Positions 63,411 to 64,000 of a DNA stretch of 64,000 nt are shown piece by piece (position 1 is the stretch's first letter; each line of letters opens with the position of its first letter). A program made the translations under genes and the position numbers. Source of the stretch: Neocallimastix sp. 'constans' (Eukaryota); NCBI GenBank assembly GCA_050613775.1, contig JBODTK010000014.1, positions 1,240,001-1,304,000 on the forward strand. The letters run 5' to 3'. The notes beneath the pieces are model-generated. The model saw only the letters and a list, made by a program, of their open reading frames with translations, did not search any database and was not told where the DNA came from.

Positions 63411-64000
63411 AATTATAATTTTTAAAAAAAAAAAAAAAAAAAAAAAAAGTTAAAATATATCAATAATTGTAGGCATAATTTTTATTGCTAATAAAAATGA
63501 GAAAGAATTTATTTTATAGAAAGATATCTATAAAAAAATTTTATAATGCACTATGATGATATCTTTAAATATTATTTATTAAATAATATTATTAACATAT
63601 GAATGATACTATATTTATAATTATATACATATTCAAAACTATAACATAAAAAAAGAATAAAAATAATTTTGTAGCTAAAGCTCTTTCATATTTCAAAAAA
63701 AAAAAAAAAAATAGATAATTATTAAGTAAAAACAAAAACAAAAACAAAAAAATTGAAAAATAATAACATATGTATAAAAGAAAATGATTAAATGAACTTT
63801 TCTTTCAACTATAGTAACTAATTATATGATTAAAATGAAATAAAGTGAATATTATATAAATGGATATATTTAAAATTATATTATAAAAAGAAGAAAAATT
63901 TTTAAAACAAAAGATAAAATAAAATAAAATAAAATAAAATAAAATAAAATAAAGGATAAGCATTTGATTTTTTTTTCCATTTTGAATTTGTTAAAAAATA

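Overview
Extremely AT-rich eukaryotic genomic DNA with short introns and Asn-rich proteins. It most likely comes from an anaerobic gut fungus (Neocallimastigomycota); this is an inference, not verified. The left ~33.6 kb is almost entirely retroelement DNA and is highly ordered. Two tRNA-Val(TAC) genes (11522-11594, 26260-26332) each have an end-to-end array of LTR elements stacked upstream: at least 4 units and 8 units. Consecutive units are separated by a single copy of the target-site duplication (GAAC, or CGAAC/CAGAA for 5-bp-TSD families), and the last unit ends exactly 14 nt upstream of each tRNA. This reads as repeated site-specific integration at a Pol III promoter, giving a polarised, CRISPR-like record of insertions. 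The arrays contain two full-length non-chromodomain Ty3/gypsy elements (tRNA-Ala-like PBS, UUUAAAC -1 frameshift signal), solo LTRs of several families, and a 2.7-kb non-coding element with 42-bp terminal inverted repeats. A smaller decayed array with GTGT spacers lies next to a tRNA-like relic. The rest holds chromovirus and gag-pol relics, nested LINEs, an 8-unit polyubiquitin gene, a large Asn-rich multi-exon gene, a disrupted TRM61-like gene, an ankyrin-repeat relic and microsatellites. All alignments and counts were done by eye.
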